Origin: Takakia lepidozioides
Lineage: Eukaryota; Plantae; Bryophyta
NCBI GenBank assembly: GCA_030704615.1
Contig: CM060731.1
Span: 37,696,001 to 37,760,000 of the forward strand
DNA length: 64,000 nucleotides
Direction of reading: 5' to 3'
The notes beneath the pieces are model-generated. The model searched no databases, had not been told where the DNA came from, and saw only the letters and a list, made by a program, of their open reading frames with translations. Below are positions 37,057 through 49,471 of this stretch, one piece after another. The position numbers and the translations under genes are program-made. Within the stretch, counting starts at the first letter, position 1, and each line of letters begins with the position of its first letter.

Positions 37057-39668
37057 CTACAATGGTCTATCAGGGATACCACGGTATCCCTTCAACTTAT
37101 TGGCATTGACTCTACCAAACATCTCTTTGTTAATGGTTTGTAACATAGCTGTGTTATTATCATACATCTTCTGTATGACATAAGGTCTTTTCGATGGTGA
37201 TTTAAGCTTAGAAGCTTTAATCTTTCCTTTCTTCTGCAACCATAGTACCAAATCACCTGTCTTAAGAGTCTTCAATTTACCTTCATCAAACTGATCCTTC
37301 CTCTTCATCTGAATTCTGGTCATATTATCTACTGCATCAGCACGTACTTCTTCCACATGATATAGTTCATGTTTCCTTACTTAAATTGAATCCTCCAATT
37401 CCATTCTCCTTCCCCATTCAGTTCTCATAGTAGGTAATAAGAACTCCACTGGAAGTAAAGCTTCCATGCCATAAACTAATTGGAATGGTGTATACTTGGT
37501 AGTGACCTTATATGAAGTCATATATGACCACAAAGCTGTCAACAAGTTTGTATCCCAATCTGTCATGTTCGCATTGACTATCTTAGCAAAGATAGTGCAT
37601 AGTATTTTGTTGGTGGCCTCTGCCTGCCCATTGCCCTGTGGGTAATAGGTTGTACTCTTCCGGTGCACAATCATGAACTCCTTAGTCAATAGTTCAATGG
37701 TCTCATTAATGAAATGACTTCCCTGGGGGGGGGGGGGGGGTGCTAGTCCGTGAGCGGCTCACGTGAACGGAAAGATGCGTGAGCGGGAAAATGCCAATCC
37801 GTGAGCGGAAAGATACTCACGTAATAGGGTGTATGGGCCTACAATCGCGGATGAGGAAGCCCCAGGAGACCTATTTCCGCGGGAATGAGTGTACATATCA
37901 TGCGTACTTGGATGAAAGATGGATGAATAATTCATGAATGGTTGAATGCGAGATGGCTGATGGATAGACATATGCTTTGCAATGCATGAACAATGGATAA
38001 GTGGATGGTTAAAGACTGGATGTATTATCGAGGGTCATCGCTCAGGTGCTTCCCCGGAATGAGGATATAGTAGATGTTCCTGAACCATACATTCAGAAAA
38101 CACAGATGCAGCAGGTGCTTGTTAATTCCCATTAAACCCCCTTGTAATCAATGTCGCGTTGATGCAAGGTTGATCCCTGAACTTCCCAAAAGACTAGAAG
38201 ACACGAAACACTAAGCAAGACAAAGATTTATTTCCCGAAAGAGGCGATTGAAATCCATAGCATGATCAAGGTTGCATTAACGCAACCTTGATTGTGTCCC
38301 ATACAAAATGCAACATTTCTCAAATCAAGGTTGCGTCAACGCAACGTTGTTTTGCATCCTGCGACTTCATTTTTTATTTATTTATTTATTTATTTTTAGG
38401 AAAAATGATGCTTTCATTTCTCAAATCAACCTTGCGTCAATGCAAGGTTGATTTGCCCATACAAAATGCAAAAAACAGTGCAAAAAGGATGCTTTTATTT
38501 CTCAAATCAAGGTTGCGTCAACGCAAGGTTGATTTGCATCCTGCGACTTCAATTGTTTTTTTTGTTTTTTTTGTTTTTTTGGGAAAAAAGATGCTTTCAT
38601 TCCTCAAACCAACCTTGCGTCAACGCAAGGTTGATTTGCATCCCGCGTTGTTTGTTTGTTTTATTTTATTTTATTTTTATTTTTATTCAGAAAAAAAATG
38701 CTTTCATTTCTCAAATCAACCTTGCGTTGACGTAAGGTTGATTTACATGACCAAAAAATAAAACAAAAAAAACAACGCAAAAAAAAAAAATTCGCGGGAT
38801 GCAAATCAACCCTGCATTGACGCAACCTTGATTTGAGAAATAAAAGCATTTTTTTTCAAAATAATAAAATAAAATACCGTAATCATCCAGTTCCACTCGG
38901 AAATCAACCTCGCGTTGATACAAGGTTGATTTCAAGTCCTCGGAAATCAACCTCGTGTTGACACAAGGTTGATTTCAAGTTCTCCGAAATTAACCTCGTC
39001 ATCCATGCTTCATTCATCCATCTTTTGTCATCCTGCATTCATCCTACATTCATCCATTCCACATAGCCATTAATCCTTAAGAATTTCGCCACACATTTCT
39101 CTCAAATTGAACTCGACGTCTTAGGTCCCAGGCATCGTATGTTACCCTCCGTTCCACTCAACATTGCCCCCACGACAATAGGTCCTGCTTTTCCCACGGC
39201 TATAGGCTCCGCTTCCCTTATGTGCTCACACTTAAGAAATCTGCTTACGCTTAAGAGATCTGCTCACGCTTATCAAAATCTGCTCACGCTTAGTGCGCTA
39301 AGCGTGAGCGCGCTCACACGCTAGCTTCCCTCCTTCCCTGGTCACTGAAATATCAAAGGAGTGTACAGCCAAATCTTGTGAGAATGTTCTCATATAATAA
39401 CCTTGCTGTGGACTTAGCTGTGTTGTCCCTCAAAGCCTCAGCTTCCACCCATTTTGTGGTATAATCAGTGGCTGTGATTATATACTTGTTCTGTGTATTC
39501 TAGGTTGGTGGATTAATTGGTCCAACAAAGTCTAATCCCCATTTCTGGAATGGTTCAGTAGGCATCGTAGGATGCAAAGCCATCTTCCCAGATCTTTTGC
39601 AAAGGTCCTAGCCTCTGACACTCGTCATAACTCTTGCAATACTTGTGTACATCTCTAAACAAAGTATA
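37057..39668 (-). mobile_element. Ty3/Gypsy integrase remnant split by a MULE insertion
   Basis: [45 protein letters not shown]|SHF, STTYYPQGNGQAEATNK, TPFQLVYG. Confidence 0.85.
37727..39332. mobile_element. Non-autonomous Mutator-like (MULE) element with internal palindrome array
   Basis: 9-bp TSD cttccctgg (37718-37726, 39333-39341); removing the insert restores integrase SDQGSHF; G-initiated imperfect TIRs (gctagtccgtgagcggctcacg / cgtgagcgcgctcacacgctagc). Confidence 0.8.
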
Positions 39669-39715
39669 CAGTTATTTCACATTGAGAGGAATTCATTAAT
39701 TGTAGCTTCTTGCAT

Positions 39716-41170
39716 CTACTTTCGCTCTGGTGCATACAGTTCAGGGCTAACATACACAGTCACCTCCCATCCATTGTTACGATATTGGCACCCAATGTGG
39801 GTGTGCATGCCAACTCGATCCTGCAGTGACCGATGAGCACAGAGTGATTGAACTGATCTTAAGTAACAATTTGCTTCCACTTCCATGTTTTTCGATTTCA
39901 GAAACCGAGTCACCTTGGTCACTATGTCCATATCACTTGCATAGTAGTGCTCCACTCGAAGATAGAATTTTGCTGTTGGCTCACTTGAGCTTGCTCTGAA
40001 GTCGTAGTAAACTAGAACATCATTTTCGCGTTTACGATCTGTGTTTGCATCAGTCGTGAATACTTTCCAGATTTCACGAGAGAATTTGTGATCAACGTCT
40101 TTGGAAATGGCACCGCCCAGTGTGAGATGTTGTACCAGCAGATCTTCGTGATCGATTGCAAAATGAGTGTAAACCTTCATCCTTGGCCCAACTGATGGGT
40201 CTTCACAATCAATTCCTATAAAACTGACCCTACGGCTGACATTTTCTGGCAGCACATTAAGGTATGTTGTCACCTTTCTCCATGGCAATTCCAATCCAAT
40301 GGCACGACATGCATTAGTTACCAGCTCCTGGCGGCCTACCCCATGGAGTATGCACTTTGCATCTATTCCTCTCATGTAGCACTTCAGCCTAGGTAACACA
40401 ACGTTGAAATCGAAAGCAAAGAAGAACTGCGACATCCTCGTTGCGTATCCAGGACCAACAATGAGAACAGAACGAAGACGCCAAAACCACTCCAATGACA
40501 CCCCTGGAATCACTTGCTCCATGAGCACTGCGAATTGAGTTGGGAAGGAAGATGTGATTTCGAAGTTGGACTTTGATGCAGCAATGGGAAACGGATCAAT
40601 AGTAAACCGCACAGTGGTCTGTGCAGCAGAGAGGTTTAGACTAAAACAAAGAGGTGACCAATCATTTGTTAAGGGGCACGGCCATTGAGCATTGCCAGTG
40701 GCGTCTGGCTGGGGTCCCAAAGCGATTGCAATATATTTGTCAAAGAAGTATGAGTACCTCTTCACATTCTCCTCAGAATATTGGGCTATCTCCAGGAGCT
40801 GCCGGAAATGATTGCCCGCAACGCCTCTCCAGTAATGTGCAGCTTCCGTGGAAGTTTGTGCCACCGGGTCGTACACGAGGTCTGAGAGTTCTGGGTTGCG
40901 GATCTTGGTGAGATTCATGTACACAGGGGCCTGAGCACTAAATCCCCACTCGTCAAACTCCCACCCTCCATCAGCAGAGAAGATCGGGCGGCTGTTGCCC
41001 AGATTACCTAGTGCCCCTAGCTTTCTGGTATCCTTAAGTGAACAGAGTCTCCAATGATTTGGCATCTTACTCTTGGTGCTTTGAGTATCCGGTAATTGAT
41101 AGCTCAAATCCCCCATATTGACAGTCTTGAATACCTCCTTTAGCCATGGCAGAGTTGATAATGACTCCAT
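39716..41170 (-). CDS. DMATS-superfamily (ABBA-fold) aromatic prenyltransferase, fungal type, 484 aa, intact
   Basis: Ordered DMATS motifs: YW..AG..F..LL..A.Y, LGP.P, LT.D.SP..FSLN, VRFTIDP, GVSLEWF, FFAFDF, LKCY, IDCEDP..RMKVY, LTLGG, YYDF, PTAKFY, HR.L, VTVYVSPELY. Uninterrupted ORF. Confidence 0.92.
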   Translation of the reverse strand: MESLSTLPWLKEVFKTVNMGDLSYQLPDTQSTKSKMPNHWRLCSLKDTRKLGALGNLGNSRPIFSADGGWEFDEWGFSAQAPVYMNLTKIRNPELSDLVYDPVAQTSTEAAHYWRGVAGNHFRQLLEIAQYSEENVKRYSYFFDKYIAIALGPQPDATGNAQWPCPLTNDWSPLCFSLNLSAAQTTVRFTIDPFPIAASKSNFEITSSFPTQFAVLMEQVIPGVSLEWFWRLRSVLIVGPGYATRMSQFFFAFDFNVVLPRLKCYMRGIDAKCILHGVGRQELVTNACRAIGLELPWRKVTTYLNVLPENVSRRVSFIGIDCEDPSVGPRMKVYTHFAIDHEDLLVQHLTLGGAISKDVDHKFSREIWKVFTTDANTDRKRENDVLVYYDFRASSSEPTAKFYLRVEHYYASDMDIVTKVTRFLKSKNMEVEANCYLRSVQSLCAHRSLQDRVGMHTHIGCQYRNNGWEVTVYVSPELYAPERK

Positions 41171-41964
41171 TTAATGCCAACCTGCATGTGGAGGTGAGTC
41201 AGAATAAGATAGAACTGCGGTTTCATATTTGTCAGAGAGCCATGGCCCTCCACATGAAAAAGATCGATGGACGTGATTCATGCAATATGAAGCTAGAAGA
41301 AATGTTACATATTTCGGCCACATTCTAGCTTATGTTGCCTAGGCCATAGTTTATCACAAGTCACAACATGATTTAGGCATCTGGAACCGTAAAGAGATAC
41401 ATCTATGCAACATCATCTATGCACTGGAACTAGAGTGCTACATTCCGATTGCAAGAACCCGGTCACAAACACTAGGAACACATTAGCCCTCAAAATCAGA
41501 TATAACAAAAAAATACACATGAAAAACTTACACTTGTCTTGGTCTTTGAAACAAAATCAACACTGCTCACATAAACTCTGTGGATCTCAAGCAGGTTGAT
41601 ATGAGCACCACAATAGAGTCAATAGATTGCTGAAAATGAGCACTCGTATGAAGGTGGAAACTTAAAATAGAAATCGTCGCTCTCAAAGATGCAGCTCGGA
41701 ATCACCTTAGTCACTCCTACAGTAACATGGTAAATGCAAGAAGTTTCAATACGTAGAATCATGTGAAACTTCAAAAGTTGGTGGACGGTGGACCGCCATT
41801 AGTGATGGTCACAAAGTCTTTTCTAATTAAGAGATAAATTGGGATCCGGTTTCGTTTTATTTTAATTTACAAAACTGACAAACGCCATGGCTGGCGGTCC
41901 CAATTACATTTCAATTTTCTTAAAAAAATCTGGACCGCCAAGGTTGGTGGTCCCAATTTTTAAT

Positions 41965-42235
41965 CGGACTGTATTTGTTTGGAAGTATATGGATCTCCGA
42001 GATGTTCCCCCAAAGATTTGTCAATACCACATTGTCTTGGAGAACGGAGCACTCCTAGTACGACAATGTCAACATTGATTGAATCCGAAATATTCCTTGT
42101 TGGTAAATGAAGAACTTGATAAATTGTTTGCACCTGATTTTATTTATCAATATTCCCGTTTGTGACTGGGTTTCGACAATTGTTGTCGTTCCCAAGAAAT
42201 TGTCTAGGAAAGTGCGGATTTGCCTTAATGCCTAT
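41965..42235 (+). mobile_element. Ty3/Gypsy RT N-terminal fragment
   Basis: VFVWKYMDLRDVPPKICQYHI..LNPKYSLLVNEELDKL..WVSTIVVVPKK..KVRIC with stop and frameshift. Confidence 0.75.
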
Positions 42236-43678
42236 GAGAAGTTGCAGCCACGTCCAACGCAATGCCAAGTGGATTTTGGAAAAGATCTGTAGCAATATTG
42301 TATCACGAAATCACTGACGTCTTTCGGGAGATTCAAGAAATTGGGACGTTAGAAGGTGTACAGTAGCAGTACATGAATTCTTTCATCAAAATAGACTACA
42401 CAAAAAAGCAATTAACGCCTCACAGAAATATTAAAGGACAGACTCGCAAGCAGCCAATATTTACAATGTCACTGCCATAAGCATCAAGCAACACAGTAGA
42501 ATAATGTGACTTCCTACGTCGAGCAAGTGCATGCAGAACCCAAATGCACTATATCAGGCATCGAGTATCCATCAAAATCCATTGACATTCGCTCCCTTCC
42601 ATTTTGTTTTATCATGGAAATAGATGTGAGGAAATAATGAATGGACTAAGCACATCTTTCTTTTTTAGTCATCTTGACCAACTTCCTTGCATTGTAACAG
42701 TTCATTTTGCAAGATGGAGAGTCGGGGCTGCACACGTCACGTCACGCCACGTCAGGTTACGTCACACCTAACACAGATGTAACAGGGTAGAATCTAGAAG
42801 GTTCTAGATGGAGGAGGAAAGTTCCCTACAAGTTTCCAAAATAACTAGGAAAGTTCATAGAAAGTTTGACTTAAGGAAGTTTGACTTGAGGCTCTCAAGT
42901 CAAACCTATAAGATATTTATATTATGGAGAGTAGGTCAAATGTTTGATAAAGTCATATTGTGGAGAATATGTCAAACCTAATAAGGTTGACTTTAAGAAA
43001 TTTTAAAATAATATATAAAACACTATTTTAACTAATTCTGGACTTTTGTTTGGTCTAGAAATAATATGAGAAATATGAATAAATAAAATTTATTATTGAA
43101 ATAAAGCGATATATATGATTATTTTGGTTATTTTATGCACAATATAACCATGAACAATAATCCTCCAAACATTTTTTGGAGACAATATAAGTATGTATTG
43201 TGGTTTTAGAAGAACATCCACTGCCAAGTTGACGTTCACGAAAAAAAATGGGAGAATGCAATAAATTACACCGTGATGTGAGGTCAGATATGTAAAATTT
43301 TTTGCACAAAATGGTTGCCATATCAGATGACATACAAAACCAAACATAGAACAATCGTGGCATGCGATGAAGAGGATGACATGAAAGAATGTGTCCACAT
43401 ACATTGATGATAAACATTCATATTTTATTAGAGATAGCAACTTTGACGTTGCAGTCAGACATAATGTAACGTCAACTGTACATCCGTTGGACTTAATGTT
43501 ATACAGCGGCTTCAAGCCATACAACGGCTTACACTAACCCATTAATATTACAGAGCCTCCTCCCAAACGGCTCGCAGTCAAGGCATGTGTTCGAAGACGC
43601 CTCCGGTTACCACAACCACTTGCAACGGTCTCTACACCAGAGGAAACGGAAATACTTTCGGAGAAATCGAACCTTGTA

Positions 43679-46600
43679 TGTCGCGCACCTCACTTCGGTA
43701 AGCTGGCTGCTCATCGGGACATAACGGTCTCCATTTGCTCCTCCAAAAGACCCTCCACCAATTTGGGCCTAGTGGAAATTCCCTTTGGTAGATGGCAGTC
43801 CGGAATAGCTCCCCACTCCTTGGTCGCTTTCCGGCTCGTTCGTTTTCTCACTCACTCACTAGTTTTTGGTCACCAACGGGCTTGCACCGTTCTCGGGGTT
43901 ACTACTCCCTATATATACTTCTGTGACTGTCCGTGGGGGTTTCACAAACAACACCATCCTTTTATGGCGAACCACCACGAAGACCCTCGACTCCCGGTGA
44001 TGAGTCGCGGTGAGTCTTGGCCCACCCACCACGGCCCCATTGGACCGTGATGAGTCCCAAGACTCCCTACGACTCCCACCACAAGGTCTCCGCCCCATGG
44101 TGAGTCTTATGCCACCCCCACTAAGACCCACCAAGCTACCACCACCCCTCGTGGAACCACCCCCACCGCAACCCGTTGTGTGGGGCTCCACCTAGTGAGC
44201 ACCTCCGCCTCCGCCTCCTTGAGTGCCTTGGGCACTCAAGGGTGTTTCAGCCCCCGTACCTATTGTTGCCACTGCCCCCACCACAGGGGCAGCCCCTCTT
44301 GTGCCTCGACCCCCCGCCCTCAAGACAAATGGCCGCGACACACACCCCTACTAACAGGGAGTCGATGTCCTCATCGACTTGTCCATTTTGTAGAAACGAA
44401 CATCCAAGTTGTGGCGTCCCACATCAAGGAGTTTGTTCCCGTACCATGGCGTCCCATGGCAAAGAACCAAAGCCCCACTTGACTCTATTCTCCACTAGCT
44501 AGTTCGGCCGACTTCCTCCAAGTCCCGGCCAAGGGTGGAGCCTCTCAAGCTCCTCCCAGTGCACTCTTCTTGGCCCACTTCAAGGCCAAGGAACGATCCT
44601 CCCCGAGGATCGAATCGCCTTACTACAAGTAGCTTACTACAAGGCAACCCCCTCAGTAGCGCAGTTATAGTACGCGCACGCGCCAGGTGCGCACTAGCAC
44701 GTGAACTCCCAAAAAAGGCGCAAGTTTCCTTGCCCCTTGGATGGGAGTCACCCGATCGGCACCAGAGGTGCTTTTCCATAGACCAATACGAAAAGGAAAA
44801 CTCCCGTTGCGGAGTATTTTGTGTTATTATAACAGAACTCTACTGCATCCAAGTGCTCCACCCAGTCCGATTGGTCTGCCGACACGTAATTCCACAAGAT
44901 CTGCTTCACCACGGAATTCACCCTTTCCATTTGGCCGTCCGTCGTAGGTCGGAAGGCGGTGCTCATCTTGAGCCTCGTCCCCATGTTCTTCCAAAGTGTC
45001 CTCTAAAATTTACTTGTAAACTTTGGATCGCGGTCCGAGACAATATCCTTCGGGAGTCCATGATGCTTGAAGATGTGGCGAAGTAAAGTCGCCCCGTCTC
45101 CTGCGCCGTTGCGGTTTCTTTGGTGGGGATGAAATGGCCCATTTTACTGAACCTATCCACCACCACCATGATTGCATCGAATCCTTTCCACAGCGGCATA
45201 GCAGTCATGAAATCCATTGAGACACTTTCCCAAGACCCCTCTGGAATCGGCAGGGGTTGTACCAGCCCCGCTTGCTTTTTGTACTCGCTCCGGTTTTGTT
45301 GGCATGTGGTGCATGTCTTGACATACTCCTCGGCCTCCTCCCTCAGTTTGGGCTAGAAGTACTCTTTCTTCAAGAGTGCCACGGTGCGCTTGGCTCCGCC
45401 GTGGCCCGCAAGCGGGCCATTGTGACATTCCCTCAGGAGACTATCTCTGATCCCTCCTTTCGGCACGTAGATACGCTTTTGCTTGTACCGAAGCAGTCCA
45501 TTTGCAAGTGGAACTGCGATTTAACCCCCATCCTCAAGTCCCGCATCACGGACTTCGCCATCTCATCCTTCCGGTAAGCCTTCCGGATCTTGCTTTGGAG
45601 CGCCGTCTCGCCCCTGTACACCAACATGAGCTGCTGCTTTCTACTTAAAGCATCGGCCACCACATTGTCTCGTCCCGGTTTATACTAGATATCTACGTCG
45701 AACACTGCCAAAGTGTCTTGTCATCTAAGTTATTTTGGGGACAGCTTGGGCTGCGTGGCAAAATACTTCATCGTGACATTGTCTGTGAACATCTTCACCG
45801 GGTTGGAACCAACATAGTGGCGCCAAAGCTCAAAGCAATGCACTATCGCCTTCATTTATTTCTTGTGCGTAGGCCACCGTCGCTCCACTTCATTCAGTTT
45901 CTTACTTTCGTAAGCCACTGGACCACTGGACGTCCATCCTGCATGAGTACACCCCCAATTGCGAAATCCGATGCATCTGTATGAATCTCAAATGGACGGT
46001 CGAACTTCGGGATTTTGAGGACTGGAGCTTCCGCCATCCGCTGCTTCAACTCGGCAAAAGCTTGGCTACAAAAAGTCATATCTTGGATTTACACAGAAGG
46101 TCTGACAACGGCCCCGCGATCTTGGCGAAATTTCTCACATATTTTCGGTAATATAGGAGGCGAGTCCTAGGAAGGATCGCACTCCCGGGACCGAAGTCGG
46201 AGGCTCCTAGTCCAAGATCGCCCTCACATTTCTATCATCCATTTTGATCCCATCCCGTGTAATCACATGTCCTAGGAACTCCACTTTTGTGACCCCGAGT
46301 TTGCACTTTGAAGCTTTGGCATACAGCTTCCCTTCCCGCAATTTCTGCCACACCCTTTTTAGGTGCTCCAGGTGCTCTAACTTTGTTTTCGAGTACACCA
46401 AGATGTCGTCGATGTACACGATCACAAAGTCATCCAACCACTCCTGACAAAGGCTGTTCATTAGCATACTAAAGGTTGCGGGTGCGTTGGTGAGCCCAAA
46501 AGGCATCACCAAGAACTCATATGAACCATATCTTGTCCTGCACGCGGTCTTCTCCTCATCTCCTTCCGCCACTCGGATTTGATGGTAGCCGGAGCGCAAA

Positions 46601-49471
46601 TCGATCCGGCTGAAATACTTCGCTCCTGCCAACCGATCGAAGAGGTCGTCGATCCTTGGCAAAGGGTACTGGTTCTTGATAGTCATCTTATTCAGAGCCC
46701 TGTAATCGACATACATCCGCAGCGTCCCATCTTTCTTATCAGCGAATAGCACCGGGGCTCCGTAAGGTGACTTACTCGGCCGGATGTACCCCTTTGACAT
46801 TAGATCCTTGAGCTGAGTCTTCAGCTCGACCAACTCTCTGTGGCTCAACCGGTAGGGCACCTTGGCAGGCGGCTCCGATCCCGGTATCACCTCAATCTTG
46901 TGGTCCACTCCTCTTCGTAGTGGCAAGCCGCTTGGTAAATCCTCCGGCATCACATTATGGTATTTCTCTGAGATCTCTTTGATCCAATCTGGGCTCGGCT
47001 CCCTATCGCCTTTTCCCTCCACTTGTCTTACGTAAAGCAAATGCCAAAAATTGGGGCTCGTGCGGCTCCTCCACGGCCCACTTCTTTGCTGACAGCAGGT
47101 TTATTCGCCCTCCCACTGGGTTGGGCGTTTCCGACACTCGTAAAACTTCACCACCATTCCCACATGGTAGCGTGACTACTCTCTTGCGGCCATTTATGAC
47201 CGCTCCTGATTTGCTCAAAAATGTCATCCCCAAAATGAGATCCACTCCATCGATCTCGCAAATGGTGAAGTTCTCACGTCCCTCCCAACTCCCCAGCTGA
47301 AGAGGAACATCGAACGCCAACCTCGTCGTCAATTGTGGAATAGAGGCCTCCACACCACTTGTCGGGAGCCCCAGTTTTCGTGCCGTTGCCAGTGTCATGA
47401 AGGAGTGCGACGCTCCTGTGTCCACCAACAACGACATATTAGTTCCGAAAATTATCCCACTCACGAACAGTAACTGACTCCCTTGACGCAGGGGGCCAGT
47501 TTCCTGATACAACTCACAAGAGTAGTTGCCTACCTTGCAAGTCTTGGCAACCACCGCTTCCACCAAGCGGCTGATGGAATCTTCGGACAGCTCCGTGGTT
47601 GCCCGAGTCATGTTCAATTGTCAGGGTTTCGTACACTTCTTGGCCATGTGCCCGGGCTCCCCGCAATTAAAGCACACCCTATCGAAGGTCGCCTTCTGTC
47701 CACCATAAGCCGGCGCACCTGATTTTCTTTTCGGAGCACCGGGTGTCGCCTTGACGTATGAAGGCCCTCCCTTCGATTTCCATGTGTCATTGTCGCCGCG
47801 TGGCCTATCCCACTTCTTTTCCGGTCGGAAGGAGTCACCCTCCCGCCGAGTCTTCTTGTGGTTCAGCTCCGTACGGCCTTGTCTTTCGCCCCTAGGGACA
47901 TCCGAGAAACATTCAGCCCTTTCAATTGCCTCGTTCAAAGTCTTAGGTGGCTTCTCCTCCAACTTCCGCCTGGCCCATGGGGCTAGTCCCACCACAAAGT
48001 TGAAGACCATTTATGGTTCCGCCATATCCGCGACTTCGAGCAACATCACAAGGAAAGACTAAACATATCCCCGAATGTCATCCATTTGCTTCAAGTTCCT
48101 TATCTTGTCCCGGGCGAGCCAGGACGCATTGAGAGGAGCAAACTGTCTTTTCATAAGTTCCTTGAACCCACTCCAGTCCAAGGTTTCCGGGTTTGGACCT
48201 CGGTCATGAAGGCGTTTTTGCCACCATTGTTGAACATAGCCCCTCAAATGGGTGGGAGCCACTTCCACCCAATCCTCGTCACTCAACTTGGCCACCCGGA
48301 AATACTGCTCCAGCTCCAAGAGCCAGGTGTTGAGTGCCTTCCGATTTCGGACGCCCTCGAAGGAGCCGGGTTCCTTATGCTTCATCTTAAACTTTGCCTT
48401 AGTGGAAGTGGCATTAGCCGCCTTCAACACGTCTTTCAACGTCCCACCAAATTGCGCCAACACCCCTTCCCAAAAAGCTGCTGGCATGGGAGACATCTGT
48501 TGGTCTGGCGGAGCCTCCAGGAGGACCTCGGGCTCCGACTCCCCAGATTCATCCCGTTCTTGCGCGGCCTCGCTTTCAAAAGCATGCATCGCCTCCTCAA
48601 ATTGCCGCTTCGGTGACACGTCGCCCCCATCGGGCTCACTAGGATCATCATCTTTCGGGCCATTCCGCTTTCGCTTTGCCTTGCCCGACCCCATGATGAG
48701 GCTGATCTCAAGGACGATCGCGTACTGAACTCTAAGCTCTGATACCAAGTGTCGTGCACCTCACTTCGGTAAGCTCCCCTTCAAGTCATAGTTACTCGCC
48801 TAACTCCCAAACTGGCCGTCAGGCCAACTCGGAGCTTCGGCTACTCACCGGGACATAAAGGTCCCCCTTTGCTCCTCCAAAAGACCCTCCACCAATTTGG
48901 GCCTAGTGGAAATTCCCTTTGGTAGATGGCAGTCCGGAATAGCTCCCCACTCCTTGGTCGCTTTCCGGCTCGTTCGTTCGCTCGCTCACTCACTCACTAG
49001 TTTTTGGTCACCAAAGGGCTTGCACCGTTCTCGGGGTTACTACTCCCTATATATACTTCTGTGACTGTCCGCGGGGGTTTCACAAACAACACCATCCTTT
49101 TATGGCGAACCACCACGAAGACCCTCGACTCCCGGTGATGAGTCGCGGTGAGTCTTGGCCTACCCACCACGGCCCCATTGGACCGTGATGAGTCCCAAGA
49201 CTCCCCACGACTCCCACCACAAGATCTCCGCCCCATGGTGAGTCCTATGCCACCCCCACTAAGACCCACTGAGCTACCACCACCCCTCGTGGAACCACCC
49301 CACCGCAACTCGGCGTGTGGGGCTCCACCTAGTGAGCGCCTCCGCCTCCTTGAGTGCCTTGGGCACTCAAGGGTGCTTCAGCCCCCGTACCTATTGTTGC
49401 CACTGCCCCCACCACAAGGGCAGCCCCTCTTGTGTCCCGACCTCTCGCCCTCAAGGCAAAAGGCCGCGACA
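43679..49471 (-). mobile_element. Ty3/Gypsy LTR retrotransposon with two LTRs (5' LTR 48750-49471; 3' LTR 43679-44340), degenerate gag-PR-RT-RH-INT
   Basis: TG..CA LTRs; PBS tggtatcagagc (tRNA-Met); gag zinc knuckle CFNCGEPGHMAKKC; protease LVDTGASHSF; [11 protein letters not shown]; RNase H TDASDFAIGGVL; integrase MDFMTAMP..VVVDRFSK..TDGQMERVN. Confidence 0.95.

Noticed and set aside
38145-38980. CRISPR-like array of ~30-bp palindromic repeats
   Set aside because: Spacers are related A/T-rich tracts of uneven length, there are no cas genes, the context is eukaryotic, and the array lies inside a TSD-bounded MULE.
35300-42300. Fungal-style biosynthetic gene cluster around DMATS
   Set aside because: No intact NRPS, PKS, P450 or other tailoring gene is recognisable in the window; the neighbours are transposon remnants.
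43763-44502. Pro/Gly-rich ORFs repeated at 48997-49643
   Set aside because: They are incidental translations of the two Gypsy LTRs.
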